A DNA stretch of 64,000 nt from Acidimicrobiales bacterium (GTDB taxonomy: Bacteria; Actinomycetota; Acidimicrobiia; Acidimicrobiales; DATDAH01), in contig JAYRFK010000075.1 of NCBI GenBank assembly GCA_041908445.1, forward strand, positions 70,503 to 134,502, given 5' to 3'. This document shows, piece by piece, positions 8,689 through 17,272 of the stretch (positions are counted from its first letter, which is position 1; every line of letters begins with the position of its first letter). The notes beneath the pieces were generated by a model, which saw only the letters and a list, made by a program, of their open reading frames with translations, had not been told where the DNA came from and did no database searches. Position numbers and translations under genes: made by a program.

Positions 8689-10209
8689 TCACGACCCGAG
8701 CCGGTCCAGCAGCTCGGCGGCGGTGTCGCACTCGTCCACCAAGGTACCGACGTGGGCCTCGGTTCCGCGCGTCGGTTCCATCATGGGCACGCGGCGCAGG
8801 GTGTCGGCGCCGATGTCGAACACGAGCGAGTCCCAGTTGGCGGCCACGATGTCGTCGCCCCACTTGTCGAGGCAGCGGCCGCGGAAGAACGCCCGGGTGT
8901 CGGCCGGCGGCCGGCTCACGGCGGCCTCGACCTCGGCGTCGCTGGTGAGGCGCTCCACGTCGAGGCGGGAGAAGAGGGACTTCTCGGGGCGCAGGTCGTG
9001 GTACTGGAGGTCCATGGCCGCGAGGCGGGCGTCGTCCCACTCGAGGCCGTGGCGCTCGCGGTAGCCCTCGAGCAGGCGCAGCTTGGCCACCCAGTCGAGC
9101 TCGCCGGCCAGGCTCATCGGGTCGGACTCGAGGCGGGTCAGCACCGACTCCCAGCGGGCGAGCAGCGCCTCCCCCACGGCCGGGTCGGGGCCGAGGCAGT
9201 CGAGGCCGTTGGAGTCGACGTACTTCCGGGCCCGGTCGAACAGCTCCCACTGCACCTCGAGGGCGGTGACGGTGCTGCCGTCGGCGAGCTCGAGCGGCTG
9301 GCGCAGCGTGGTGTCGTAGGAGACCCGCCGGATCGTCGCCACCGGGGACAGGAAGCGGAACTCCCGGGGCAGGACGTCGTCCTCGATCATCGAGAGCACC
9401 AGGGCGGTGGTGCCCACCTTGAGGAACGTGGCCACCTCGGACAGGTTGGCGTCGCCCACGATGACGTGGAGGCGCCGGTACTTCTGGGCGTCCGCGTGGG
9501 GCTCGTCGCGGGTGTTGACGATGGGGCGCTTCAGGGTGGTCTCGAGGCCGACCTCCTCCTCGAAGAAGTCGGCGCGCGACGTCAGCTGGAAGCCGACGCT
9601 GTGGCGGCCGAGGCCGGAGGCCTCCGTGCCCACCTTGCCGGCGCCGGTGTAGAGCTGGCGGGTGATGAAGTGCGGGGTGACGTGGGTGACGATCCGCGAG
9701 AACGGCACCGAGCGGGCCATGAGGTAGTTCTCGTGGCAGCCGTAGGAGTTGCCCTTGCCGTCCGAGTTGTTCTTGTAGACCACGATCTCCTGGCCGTCGG
9801 GCAGGAGTCGCCCCGCCGCCGCCATCGAGCGCTGGAGGATCAGCTCGCCGGCCTTGTCGAACACCACGATCGACCGGGGGTCGGCGCACTCGGGCGTCGA
9901 GTACTCGGGGTGGGCGTGGTCGACGTAGTAGCGGGCGCCGTTGGTCAGCACCGCGTTGATCAGGTGGGTCTCGACCTCGGGGGCCAGCGACCCGCCGGGC
10001 GCGTCGTCGCGCGCGTCGTTGCCCGGCGACTCGTCCTCGAAGTCCCAGCCGACCTTGGCCACCGGGTGGTGGTCGGCGGCGGGCCGGGCCAGCTCCCCCA
10101 TGTAGGCGTTGATGAGCACCGACGAGGCGGCGATGGGGTTCGACTCCCCCGTGCCGCGCAGCACGATGCCGAACTCGGTCTCGAGGCCGATGATCTTCGG
10201 CAGCGCCAT
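8689..10209 (-). CDS. dop: Pup deamidase/depupylase Dop
   Basis: PafA paralogue ([10 protein letters not shown]..., [24 protein letters not shown]) located immediately upstream of pup. Confidence 0.93.
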   Translation of the reverse strand: MALPKIIGLETEFGIVLRGTGESNPIAASSVLINAYMGELARPAADHHPVAKVGWDFEDESPGNDARDDAPGGSLAPEVETHLINAVLTNGARYYVDHAHPEYSTPECADPRSIVVFDKAGELILQRSMAAAGRLLPDGQEIVVYKNNSDGKGNSYGCHENYLMARSVPFSRIVTHVTPHFITRQLYTGAGKVGTEASGLGRHSVGFQLTSRADFFEEEVGLETTLKRPIVNTRDEPHADAQKYRRLHVIVGDANLSEVATFLKVGTTALVLSMIEDDVLPREFRFLSPVATIRRVSYDTTLRQPLELADGSTVTALEVQWELFDRARKYVDSNGLDCLGPDPAVGEALLARWESVLTRLESDPMSLAGELDWVAKLRLLEGYRERHGLEWDDARLAAMDLQYHDLRPEKSLFSRLDVERLTSDAEVEAAVSRPPADTRAFFRGRCLDKWGDDIVAANWDSLVFDIGADTLRRVPMMEPTRGTEAHVGTLVDECDTAAELLDRLGS

Positions 10210-10224
10210 GTGCGGGTCTCCGCC

Positions 10225-12009
10225 CTAGAGGTACTGGCCGGTGGCCATGCGCTCGATGGCACGGCCGCCGGTCGGGTCCTCGTCGTCCTTGGTGATGAGG
10301 GTGCGCACGTACACGATGCGCTCGCCCTTCTTGCCCGAGATCTTGGCCCAGTCGTCCGGGTTGGTCGTGTTGGGCAGGTCCTCGTGCTCCTTGTACTCCT
10401 GGTGGATGGAGGCGATGAGGTCCTCGGTGCGGATGCCACGGTCGCCGTCGTTGATGAGGCGCTTGATGGCCCGCTTCTTGGCCCGGCGGACGATGTTCTC
10501 GATCATGGCCCCGGACGAGAAGTCCTTGAAGTACATGATCTCCTTGTCACCGTTCTGGTAGGTGACCTCGAGGAATCGGTTCTGGTCGTCGGTGCGGTAC
10601 ATCTCCTCGACCGTGTCCTCGATCATGGCCCGCACGGCCTTCTCGGGGTCGCCGCCACCGAGGGTCTCCACCTCGCCGGCGTCGAGGGGCAGGTCGGCGA
10701 CGAGGTAGCGGCTGAAGATGGACGCCGCCGCGGTCTCGTCGGGGCGCTCGATCTTGATCTTCACGTCGAGCCGGCCCGGGCGCAGGATGGCCGGGTCGAT
10801 GAGGTCCTCGCGGTTGGAGGCGCCGATGACGATGACGTTCTTCAGGGTCTCGACGCCGTCGATCTCGGCGAGCAGCTGCGGGACGATGGTCGACTCCATG
10901 TCCGAGCTGATGCCGGTGCCGCGGGTGCGGAACAGCGAGTCCATCTCGTCGAAGAAGACGATGACGGGCCAGCCCTCCTCGGACTTCTCCCGGGCCCGCT
11001 GGAACACGAGGCGGATCTGGCGCTCGGTCTCGCCGACGTACTTGTTGAGCAGCTCGGGGCCCTTGATGTTGAGGAAGTAGCTGCGGGCCTCGGAGTCGCC
11101 GGACACCTCGGCCACCTTCTTGGCCAGCGAGTTGGCCACCGCCTTGGCGATGAGGGTCTTGCCGCAGCCCGGCGGGCCGTAGAGCAGGATGCCCTTGGGC
11201 GCCGGCAGCTGGAACTCGGCGAAGAGGGCCTGGTGGACGAACGGCAGCTCGACCGCGTCGGTGATCTGCTCGATCTGGTCGTCGAGGCCGCCGACGTCCT
11301 CGTAGGAGATGTCGGGCACCTCCTCGAGCACGAGCTCCTCGACCTCGGGCCGGGGCAGGCGCTCGAGCAGCAGGCCCGAGCGGGCGTCCATCAGGACCGC
11401 GTCGCCGGCGCGGAGCTTCTGGCCCTGGAGCGAGTCGGCCAGCTCGGCCACCCGCTCCTCGTCGGCCCGGCCCGCGATGAGGGCGCGCTTGCGGTCGGGC
11501 AGGAGCTCCTTCAGGGTGACGACCTCGCCGGTGACCTCACCGCTGCGGGCCAGCACGACGTTCAGCGACTCGTTGAGGACGACCTCGGCGCCGCGCTCGA
11601 TCTCGGTGTCGGCGATCTCCGGGTGCAGGGCGACGCGCATCTTGCGCCCGCCGGAGAACACGTCGACGGTGCCGTCGTCGTTGCGGCCGAGCAGGGTGCC
11701 GTAGGCCGACGGCGGCTGGGTCAGCTTGTCCACCTCTTCGCGCAGCGTGGCGATGTGCTCGCGCGCCTCGCGCAGCGTGTAGGTCAGCTTCTCGTTCTGG
11801 GAGACGGCCTGGGCGAGCTGGCCCTTGGTCTCGAGCAGGCGCTCCTCCAGCGTGCGGACGCGCTTGGGCGCCTCCTGGAGCCGGCGCCGCAGGGAGGTGA
11901 CCTCCTCCTCCAGCACCGCGGCCTGCCCCCGCAGCTCGTCGAGCTCGGCTTCGTATGAGGCCAGCCGCCGTTCGGTCTCGTCCTTGCTGACGGCAACCAC
12001 CTCCTCCAT
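10225..12009 (-). CDS. mpa: proteasome-associated AAA+ ATPase Mpa/ARC
   Basis: N-terminal coiled coil, OB domains, Walker A GPPGCGKT, Walker [10 protein letters not shown], and a C-terminal GQYL proteasome-docking motif. I chose ATG 12009 as the start; the ORF is open up to 12210. Confidence 0.93.
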   Translation of the reverse strand: MEEVVAVSKDETERRLASYEAELDELRGQAAVLEEEVTSLRRRLQEAPKRVRTLEERLLETKGQLAQAVSQNEKLTYTLREAREHIATLREEVDKLTQPPSAYGTLLGRNDDGTVDVFSGGRKMRVALHPEIADTEIERGAEVVLNESLNVVLARSGEVTGEVVTLKELLPDRKRALIAGRADEERVAELADSLQGQKLRAGDAVLMDARSGLLLERLPRPEVEELVLEEVPDISYEDVGGLDDQIEQITDAVELPFVHQALFAEFQLPAPKGILLYGPPGCGKTLIAKAVANSLAKKVAEVSGDSEARSYFLNIKGPELLNKYVGETERQIRLVFQRAREKSEEGWPVIVFFDEMDSLFRTRGTGISSDMESTIVPQLLAEIDGVETLKNVIVIGASNREDLIDPAILRPGRLDVKIKIERPDETAAASIFSRYLVADLPLDAGEVETLGGGDPEKAVRAMIEDTVEEMYRTDDQNRFLEVTYQNGDKEIMYFKDFSSGAMIENIVRRAKKRAIKRLINDGDRGIRTEDLIASIHQEYKEHEDLPNTTNPDDWAKISGKKGERIVYVRTLITKDDEDPTGGRAIERMATGQYL

Positions 12010-12024
12010 CTCGCCTGACGCGGG

Positions 12025-12052
12025 ACGATACACGGGCGACCGGGCGATGCAA
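12025..12052 (-). promoter_or_regulatory. candidate sigma-70-type promoter for mpa
   Basis: On the minus strand: TTGCAT, a 16-nt spacer, then TATCGT, with the -10 ending 15 nt before ATG 12009. This implies a very short leader. It lies in a locally lower-GC stretch. Confidence 0.3.
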
Positions 12053-12209
12053 CGGAGCCAGCCGGCGTTCACGTTCCCGTCACGCGGGGCCTGCCCGGGC
12101 CGCGACAATTGCACGGGATTTCCGTGTTTATCGGTGCGAGCGGCTAGAGTGTGGGCAACCAGCAACCGTCCGGGGGCCCTGGCCCCACAGCGTGAGAGGA
12201 CAACCCCCA

Positions 12210-12443
12210 ATGAAGGTCTGGATCGATCAGGATCTCTGCACCGGTGACGGCCTCTGCGAGGAGATCGCGCCTGACGTCTTCACCCTCCTCGACGACGGCC
12301 TGGCCTACGTCAAGGAAGGCGACAAGGTCTTCAGCGACCCGGGTGGCCCCGAGGGCCTCGCCGCGGTGCCCGCGGGCCAGGAGGAGGCGGTCATCGAGTC
12401 CGCCGAGGAGTGCCCCGGGGAGTGCATCTTCATCGAGATGTGA
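12210..12443 (+). CDS. single-cluster ferredoxin (CxxDxxC...CP type)
   Basis: [21 protein letters not shown]...[19 protein letters not shown] Shine-Dalgarno lies 9 nt upstream of ATG 12210. Confidence 0.8.
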   Translation: MKVWIDQDLCTGDGLCEEIAPDVFTLLDDGLAYVKEGDKVFSDPGGPEGLAAVPAGQEEAVIESAEECPGECIFIEM

Positions 12444-12477
12444 TCTCTGCTCGCGTCAGCGAGCTTCTGCCAGGAGC

Positions 12478-12511
12478 GCCGGTCCCCTCGGGGGCCGGCG
12501 TTCTTGGTTTT
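12478..12511 (+). terminator. intrinsic terminator after the ferredoxin gene
   Basis: The gccggtcccc / gggggccggc stem (one G-U pair) is followed by ttcttggtttt. Confidence 0.55.
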
Positions 12512-12542
12512 CCCGGCGGCGTTCACCTGAACGCCGGCGCCG

Positions 12543-13703
12543 TCAGGACAGGCAGGGTCCGGCGTCGACGGGGGTGGTGAGGTCGCCGGCGAGCACGGCG
12601 CGGAGCTCGGCGTCGGTGAGGGCGTAGCCCACGTTGTCGCGGTCGGGGGCGATCGCGAAGGCCACGCCGACGACCTCGCCGTCGGCGTCGACGAGGGCCG
12701 AGCCCGAGTCGCCGGGCGCGAGGTCGGTGGCGAGGAGGAACACCTCCCGCTCGGTGGCGTTGCGGTCGTAGATGTCCGAGCCCCGGGCCTGGACCTCCTG
12801 GGCGATCTCGTAGGGCGAGATCTCGAGGGGCCCGCCACCCGGGTGGCCGTAGACGCCGCCGACGTCACCCTCGTCGGCGTCACCGAGGGAGAGCGCGGGG
12901 CGGTCGAGGCCCGGTGCCGACAGGACGGCGAGGTCCCGCTCGGGGTCGAACGCCACCACGTCGGCGGAGACCCGGGTGCCGTCGCTGCGCTCGACCTCGG
13001 TCGAGTCCTCCCCCGCCACCACGTGGGCGTTGGTGACGACGAGGTCGTCGCCGACCACGAAGCCGCTCCCGTCCTGGAGGCGGTCGCAGGCCACCCCCTC
13101 GACCTTCACCGTGGACTCGACGACCCGAGCCGAGACCTCGGCGGAGATGCCGGTGGCCGCCGGCGGGGCGCCCACGTCGGGGGCGGGCTCGAGCGCGTCG
13201 AACACCTCGGGGAAGCGGTCCTCGCCCACGAGCTGGCGCAGGGCCAAGAACGCGTCCGGCGCCTCCGGCAACGAGTCGTGCAGCCAGCCGGCGAGCTCGG
13301 ACTGGCGGGCCTGGCGGGCGGGCCAGCCCGGGACGCTGGCCATGGTCGGCAGGATCAGCCACAGCAGCACGAGCACGCCGGCCATGCCCGCCAGCGCCCC
13401 GGCGACCTGGTCGAGGGCCTGGCCCCTGCCGGTCTCGATGCCGAGGCGGAGCTGGCCGCCGATGACGAGGCCCAGGGCCTGGCCGAGGAAGGCGCCGGCG
13501 AAGAGCACCGCCACCGCCAGGAAGAGCAGCGCCTGGTCGTCCCAGTCGACCTTCTCGAGGATGCGGGGCAGCAGCAGCGCCGCCACCAGCAGTCCCACGG
13601 CCATGCCCGCCCACGACGTCGACCGGGCGACGAAGCCCATGCGGAACCCGCCGACCGCTGCGGCCACCACGGCCACGAGCAGCAGCAGGTCGAGGGCGTT
13701 CAC
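12543..13703 (-). CDS. MarP-like membrane serine protease (CvpA-type TM domain + trypsin-like domain)
   Basis: Four N-terminal TM helices, then an S1 protease with TNAHVV (His) and GDSGSALVD (Ser). Confidence 0.8.
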   Translation of the reverse strand: MNALDLLLLVAVVAAAVGGFRMGFVARSTSWAGMAVGLLVAALLLPRILEKVDWDDQALLFLAVAVLFAGAFLGQALGLVIGGQLRLGIETGRGQALDQVAGALAGMAGVLVLLWLILPTMASVPGWPARQARQSELAGWLHDSLPEAPDAFLALRQLVGEDRFPEVFDALEPAPDVGAPPAATGISAEVSARVVESTVKVEGVACDRLQDGSGFVVGDDLVVTNAHVVAGEDSTEVERSDGTRVSADVVAFDPERDLAVLSAPGLDRPALSLGDADEGDVGGVYGHPGGGPLEISPYEIAQEVQARGSDIYDRNATEREVFLLATDLAPGDSGSALVDADGEVVGVAFAIAPDRDNVGYALTDAELRAVLAGDLTTPVDAGPCLS

Positions 13704-13708
13704 GGCCC

Positions 13709-14482
13709 TCAGGAAGAGAGCAGGCGGGCGTGGGTGAGGAAGCCCGTGTGCGCCACCATGCGGTGGTCGGGTCGCACCGACTGGCCTTCGATGTGCCAGC
13801 TCCGGTTCAGCACCTCGAGGGTCTCCTCCATGCCGAAGGCCGAGTCCGCCAGGGCCTCCCGCAGCTGGCGGGCCTGGAGGATGCTCGGCGTGTACGCCAC
13901 GAGGATGCCACCCGGGTGCAGCGCCTTGGCCGCGTGGGGCACCACCTGCCAGGGCTCGGGCAGGTCGAGGACGATGCGGTCGAGGTCCTCGAGGTCGATC
14001 CCCTCGTAGGTGTCGCGCACCTCGACCCGGTAGCGGTCGGCGGCCGAGTCGCCGAGGAAGGCCTCGACGTTGTGCTGGGCGCGCGCCGCGAAGTCCTCCC
14101 GGACCTCGTAGCCGGTGACGTCGGCGCCGGCGCGGAGCATGGTCATGGACAGCGCCCCGGAGCCCACGCCGGACTCGAGCACGCGCGCCCCGGGGAAGAT
14201 GTCGGCCAGGAGGAGGAGCGGCCCGAGGTCCTTCGGGTAGATCACCTGGGCGCCGCGCGGCATCTTGAACACGAAGTCCGAGAGCGTGGGCCGGATGGCG
14301 GTGTAGCGGGCCCCCATGGTGGAGCGCACCGTGACGCCCTCGCGCGCCCCGAGCAGCTCGGCGTGCGGGAGGATGCCGGCGTGGCTGTGGAACTCGCCGC
14401 CCTCGGCCAGGGTGACGAGGTAGCGGCGCTTCTTGGCGTCGATGAGCAGCACGCGGTCCCCCGCGGCGAACGGGGCGCTCAC
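13709..14482 (-). CDS. trmI: tRNA (adenine58-N1)-methyltransferase TrmI
   Basis: GCD14/TrmI pattern: PRGAQVIYPKD, VLESGVGSGALS, VLDLPEPW. The GTG start is embedded in the stop of the upstream thiolase gene (GTGA). Confidence 0.85.
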   Translation of the reverse strand: MSAPFAAGDRVLLIDAKKRRYLVTLAEGGEFHSHAGILPHAELLGAREGVTVRSTMGARYTAIRPTLSDFVFKMPRGAQVIYPKDLGPLLLLADIFPGARVLESGVGSGALSMTMLRAGADVTGYEVREDFAARAQHNVEAFLGDSAADRYRVEVRDTYEGIDLEDLDRIVLDLPEPWQVVPHAAKALHPGGILVAYTPSILQARQLREALADSAFGMEETLEVLNRSWHIEGQSVRPDHRMVAHTGFLTHARLLSS

Positions 14483-15444
14483 CCGGGCCGCCGCCCGATG
14501 GTCAGCGGCTGGGGGCCATCGCCGACGGGACGGGGGGTGCCGCCGGCCCGCTCGACGAGGCGGCAGAACGCGCACACCTCGGTCGGGGTCGGGGCGCCGC
14601 ACACCGCGCAGGCCACGAGCTCGGCGCGGTCCTCCTCGGCCTCCGGGGTGAAGTGGTCGGCCACCCGGCTGAGGAAGCCGAAGTAGAAGTCGTGCTTGGT
14701 GCCCGGCGAGGTGGCCTCGATGGCGTCGAGGGCCTCCTTGTAGCCGAGGTGGCGGTTGCCCGCCGCCATCGGGCACTCCTCGACGAGGTAGTCGATGCCC
14801 CGCACGACGCAGTAGGCGGCGGTCTCGCGCTCGCCGAGGCGCACCAGCGGCTTCACCTTCTTCGGGAAGCCCTGGCGGGCGGGCAGGACCGGCTGCTGGC
14901 GCCCCAGGTAGTCGGTCTGCCAGCGCAGCACGTTGCCGAACAGCACGGCGGCCTCGTCGTCGAGGTTGTGGCCGGTGGCGAGCACGTCGTAGCCGTGGTC
15001 GAGCGCGGCCTTGTCGAAGACGTGGCGCTTGGACATCCCGCAGGCGGAGCACGGCGCCCGCCGGGCGGCCCGCGAGCCGTCGGGGATGTCGTAGCCGTAC
15101 TCGGCCGGCAGGTCGACCTCGAGCAGCTCGACGCCCCGGCGGGCGGCGAAGGCGCGGGCGTGCTCGGCCGACGCGTCGCTGTAGTCGCCGATGCCGAGGC
15201 CCACGTAGAGCCCGCCCACCTCGATGTCGAGGCCGAGGTCGAGGAGCAGGTCCCACAGGGCGAGCGAGTCCTTGCCGCCGGAGACCGCCACCAGGACCCG
15301 GTCGCCCCGCTCGAACATGTCGTGGTCGTGGATGGCCTTGGCCACCTGGTCGCGGCACAGCTTCAGGAAGTGCTCGACGCAGAAGTTGGCGTTGTGGCGA
15401 CGGACGTCGATCACCGCCGGCTCGCGGCAGACGCGGCACTTCAC
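14479..15444 (-). CDS. ttuA: TtuA-type tRNA 2-thiolation PP-loop ATPase (N- and C-terminal zinc fingers, Fe-S cysteines)
   Basis: Motifs seen: CRVC...CVEH, PP-loop SGGKDS, CSAC plus EECP (cluster ligands), and CAVC...CAFC. GGGAGG Shine-Dalgarno before GTG 15444. Confidence 0.75.
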   Translation of the reverse strand: MKCRVCREPAVIDVRRHNANFCVEHFLKLCRDQVAKAIHDHDMFERGDRVLVAVSGGKDSLALWDLLLDLGLDIEVGGLYVGLGIGDYSDASAEHARAFAARRGVELLEVDLPAEYGYDIPDGSRAARRAPCSACGMSKRHVFDKAALDHGYDVLATGHNLDDEAAVLFGNVLRWQTDYLGRQQPVLPARQGFPKKVKPLVRLGERETAAYCVVRGIDYLVEECPMAAGNRHLGYKEALDAIEATSPGTKHDFYFGFLSRVADHFTPEAEEDRAELVACAVCGAPTPTEVCAFCRLVERAGGTPRPVGDGPQPLTIGRRPG

Positions 15445-15463
15445 GAGACGCGACCTCCCCGGC

Positions 15464-15664
15464 TCACGCGGCGCCGCCGGAGATGACGGGGCGGATCTCG
15501 ACGTCGGCGTCGTCGGGCAGGATGGCGTCGGCCGGCACCAGCGTGTCGCCGGCGATCACCAGCACCGACTCGCGGCGGACGTCGAGCCGCTGGAGCAGCG
15601 CCACCACGCTCATCGGGCCCGGCACCTCGAGCTCGCGGCGGGGGTTGCGGAGCAGGACCCTCAC
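15464..15664 (-). CDS. ThiS/MoaD/TtuB-like beta-grasp sulfur-carrier protein, C-terminus ...VISGGAA
   Basis: 66 aa. It ends EIRPVISGG followed by two extra Ala, and lies 19 nt upstream of the TtuA-like gene. The GTG start overlaps the upstream stop (GTGA). Confidence 0.65.
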   Translation of the reverse strand: MRVLLRNPRRELEVPGPMSVVALLQRLDVRRESVLVIAGDTLVPADAILPDDADVEIRPVISGGAA

Positions 15665-15894
15665 GACCGGCCGCCGCGGCGCGTGCGCCGCTCGGGGGTG
15701 GCTTCGCGGCGCAGGACCACGCTCTCGCCCGGGAGGAGCTCCTCGCGGTAGACGACGACCTCGCTGCGGCCGGCGGCCTTGTTGAGGAAGTGCAGGCCCC
15801 AGGCGAGCGCCCCGAGCATCAGCCAGGCCCGTCGGCCCTCGAAGAGGCCCCGCTCGATGCCCGCCCTGCGGATGAAACGGAGGACGGCGCCCAT
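15661..15894 (-). CDS. small membrane protein (1 TM), unknown function
   Basis: 77 aa with the hydrophobic segment AWLMLGALAWGLHFL. It is chained by 1-4 nt overlaps to both neighbours. Confidence 0.5.
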   Translation of the reverse strand: MGAVLRFIRRAGIERGLFEGRRAWLMLGALAWGLHFLNKAAGRSEVVVYREELLPGESVVLRREATPERRTRRGGRS

Positions 15895-16103
15895 CAGACC
15901 CGGCGGATCTCCACGATCGTCTTCTGGAGCTTGCCGCGGCGGCGCCCGAAGTAGAAGGCGGCCACGGCGACGACCGCGACGACCACGACGCCGGCCACCA
16001 GGGCCACGTTGCGGGCGGTCTCGCCGGCCTCGTCGACCTCGCCCTGGACCTCGCGGAAGCGGGCCTCGATGTCGTCGCGGGTGATGCGGGTGGCGGCGGT
16101 CAC
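15894..16103 (-). CDS. small membrane protein (N-terminal helix + 1 TM), unknown function
   Basis: 69 aa with the TM segment VALVAGVVVVAVVAVAAFYF. GTGA overlap with the upstream gene. Confidence 0.5.
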   Translation of the reverse strand: MTAATRITRDDIEARFREVQGEVDEAGETARNVALVAGVVVVAVVAVAAFYFGRRRGKLQKTIVEIRRV

Positions 16104-16441
16104 GACGTGGTCCCCTTGGGTTTGCGGTTGACGGCCTTGAGCGCCAGGTAGGTCACCCCCGACGCGACCAGCAGGGTGATCAGGTAGGGCACCCAGGACC
16201 AGTTGCCGGTCAGTGGGCTGCCGGTCTCGGTCTGGAGGAGGCGGAGCAGGGCGATGGTGAGCTCGATGGCGCCGATGCCGATCAGGAACATGGCGGCGGC
16301 GCCGTAGCCCACGAAGCGACCGAGGCCCTTGAGGGGGTCGACCGTCTCCTGCTTGGCGTACGCGACCAGCAGGTCCTTGATGTCGCCGAACTGCGCGACC
16401 GGGTCGTGCTTCGCGCCCGGTCGGTTCGTGCTCGTCGCCAC
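16100..16441 (-). CDS. small 2-TM membrane protein (actinobacterial Holin-X/DUF1469-like)
   Basis: 113 aa with two hydrophobic helices (GYGAAAMFLIGIGAIELTIALL and PYLITLLVASGVTYLAL). The family assignment is from memory only. Confidence 0.5.
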   Translation of the reverse strand: MATSTNRPGAKHDPVAQFGDIKDLLVAYAKQETVDPLKGLGRFVGYGAAAMFLIGIGAIELTIALLRLLQTETGSPLTGNWSWVPYLITLLVASGVTYLALKAVNRKPKGTTS

Positions 16442-16514
16442 TGCGCTCCTCAGTCGTCGTCGGCCGGGGTCGGACCGCCCGGTGGGCCCACCCTACCCGT
16501 GGGGCCGTGGCCGC

Positions 16515-17135
16515 TCACCCCGAGAGGCGGGCCTCGAGGACCTCGGCCTCCTCGGCGAAGAGGGTGCGCAGGAGCTCGAGTCGGGGCAGGGCGCCGTCGG
16601 TGGCCAGCACCCGCCGCTGGTCGAGCGGGCCGAGGGGCCCGACCGCCGCGGCTTGGAACGACGCGAGGCCCGGGTCCTCGTCCAGCTCGATGGTGGCGGG
16701 GACCGACGACTCCCCCAGCTCGGCCTTCAGGGCCACCGAGCGGCGGAACGGGCCGAGCATCGCCGCGAGGGCGGCGGACGCGGCGCCGGGGTCGGTCGCG
16801 TCGGCGTCGGGCCAGTCGTGCACGTCCGCCCGCGGGTAGGGGTCGTCGGGCAGCCACTCGTCGACGACGATGCGCCGGACGCCGACGGCCACGAGGCCGA
16901 ACCGGCCGTCGGGGTACTCCTCGGCCTCGACGATGCGGGCGACGGTGCCCACGTCGGTGCGCACGTCACCGCCGCCCACCTCGCTCCCCCGCTCGATCAG
17001 CACGACCCCGAACTCGCGGTCGCCGGCGAGGCAGTCCCGGGCCAGCGCCCGGTAGCGCTCCTCGAACACGTGCAGGGGCAGCACCATCGTGGGGAACAGC
17101 ACCGACCCCAGCGGGAACATCGCCAGCTTGGCCAT
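16515..17135 (-). CDS. stand-alone Lon N-terminal (LON substrate-binding) domain protein
   Basis: The opening LAMFPLGSVLFPTMVLPLHVFEERYRAL is typical of the Lon N-domain. There is no AAA+ or protease part. Confidence 0.75.
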   Translation of the reverse strand: MAKLAMFPLGSVLFPTMVLPLHVFEERYRALARDCLAGDREFGVVLIERGSEVGGGDVRTDVGTVARIVEAEEYPDGRFGLVAVGVRRIVVDEWLPDDPYPRADVHDWPDADATDPGAASAALAAMLGPFRRSVALKAELGESSVPATIELDEDPGLASFQAAAVGPLGPLDQRRVLATDGALPRLELLRTLFAEEAEVLEARLSG

Positions 17136-17272
17136 CAGCGGAGGCTAGAACTCGCCGGCGCCGAGCGACCGGCTCAGCACCCGTTCCCGGCTGAGGGCGA
17201 GCGTCGGACGGTGCGGGGAGCGAGGGACGAGCGAGCCATGACGATGTGATGAGGCGCCAGCCGAAGAACGGT

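Noticed and set aside
8488-11958. Very long plus-strand ORF (1156 aa) and similar giants at 164-2395 (+), 32061-35915 (-), 61079-63196 (+), and the upstream parts of 23377-28398 and 57208-60963.
   Set aside because: They run antisense to, or out of frame with, genes that have unmistakable family motifs (dop/mpa, pafBC, tkt, rnd and others). Their translations are Arg/Gly/Ala/Pro/His-rich with no motifs. This is the usual stop-codon-poor shadow ORF of high-GC DNA.
16100-16441. A holin-like small membrane protein as a sign of a prophage.
   Set aside because: There are no lysin, integrase, capsid or tail genes nearby. This family is widespread in actinobacterial chromosomes, and the gene is chained to housekeeping tRNA-modification genes.
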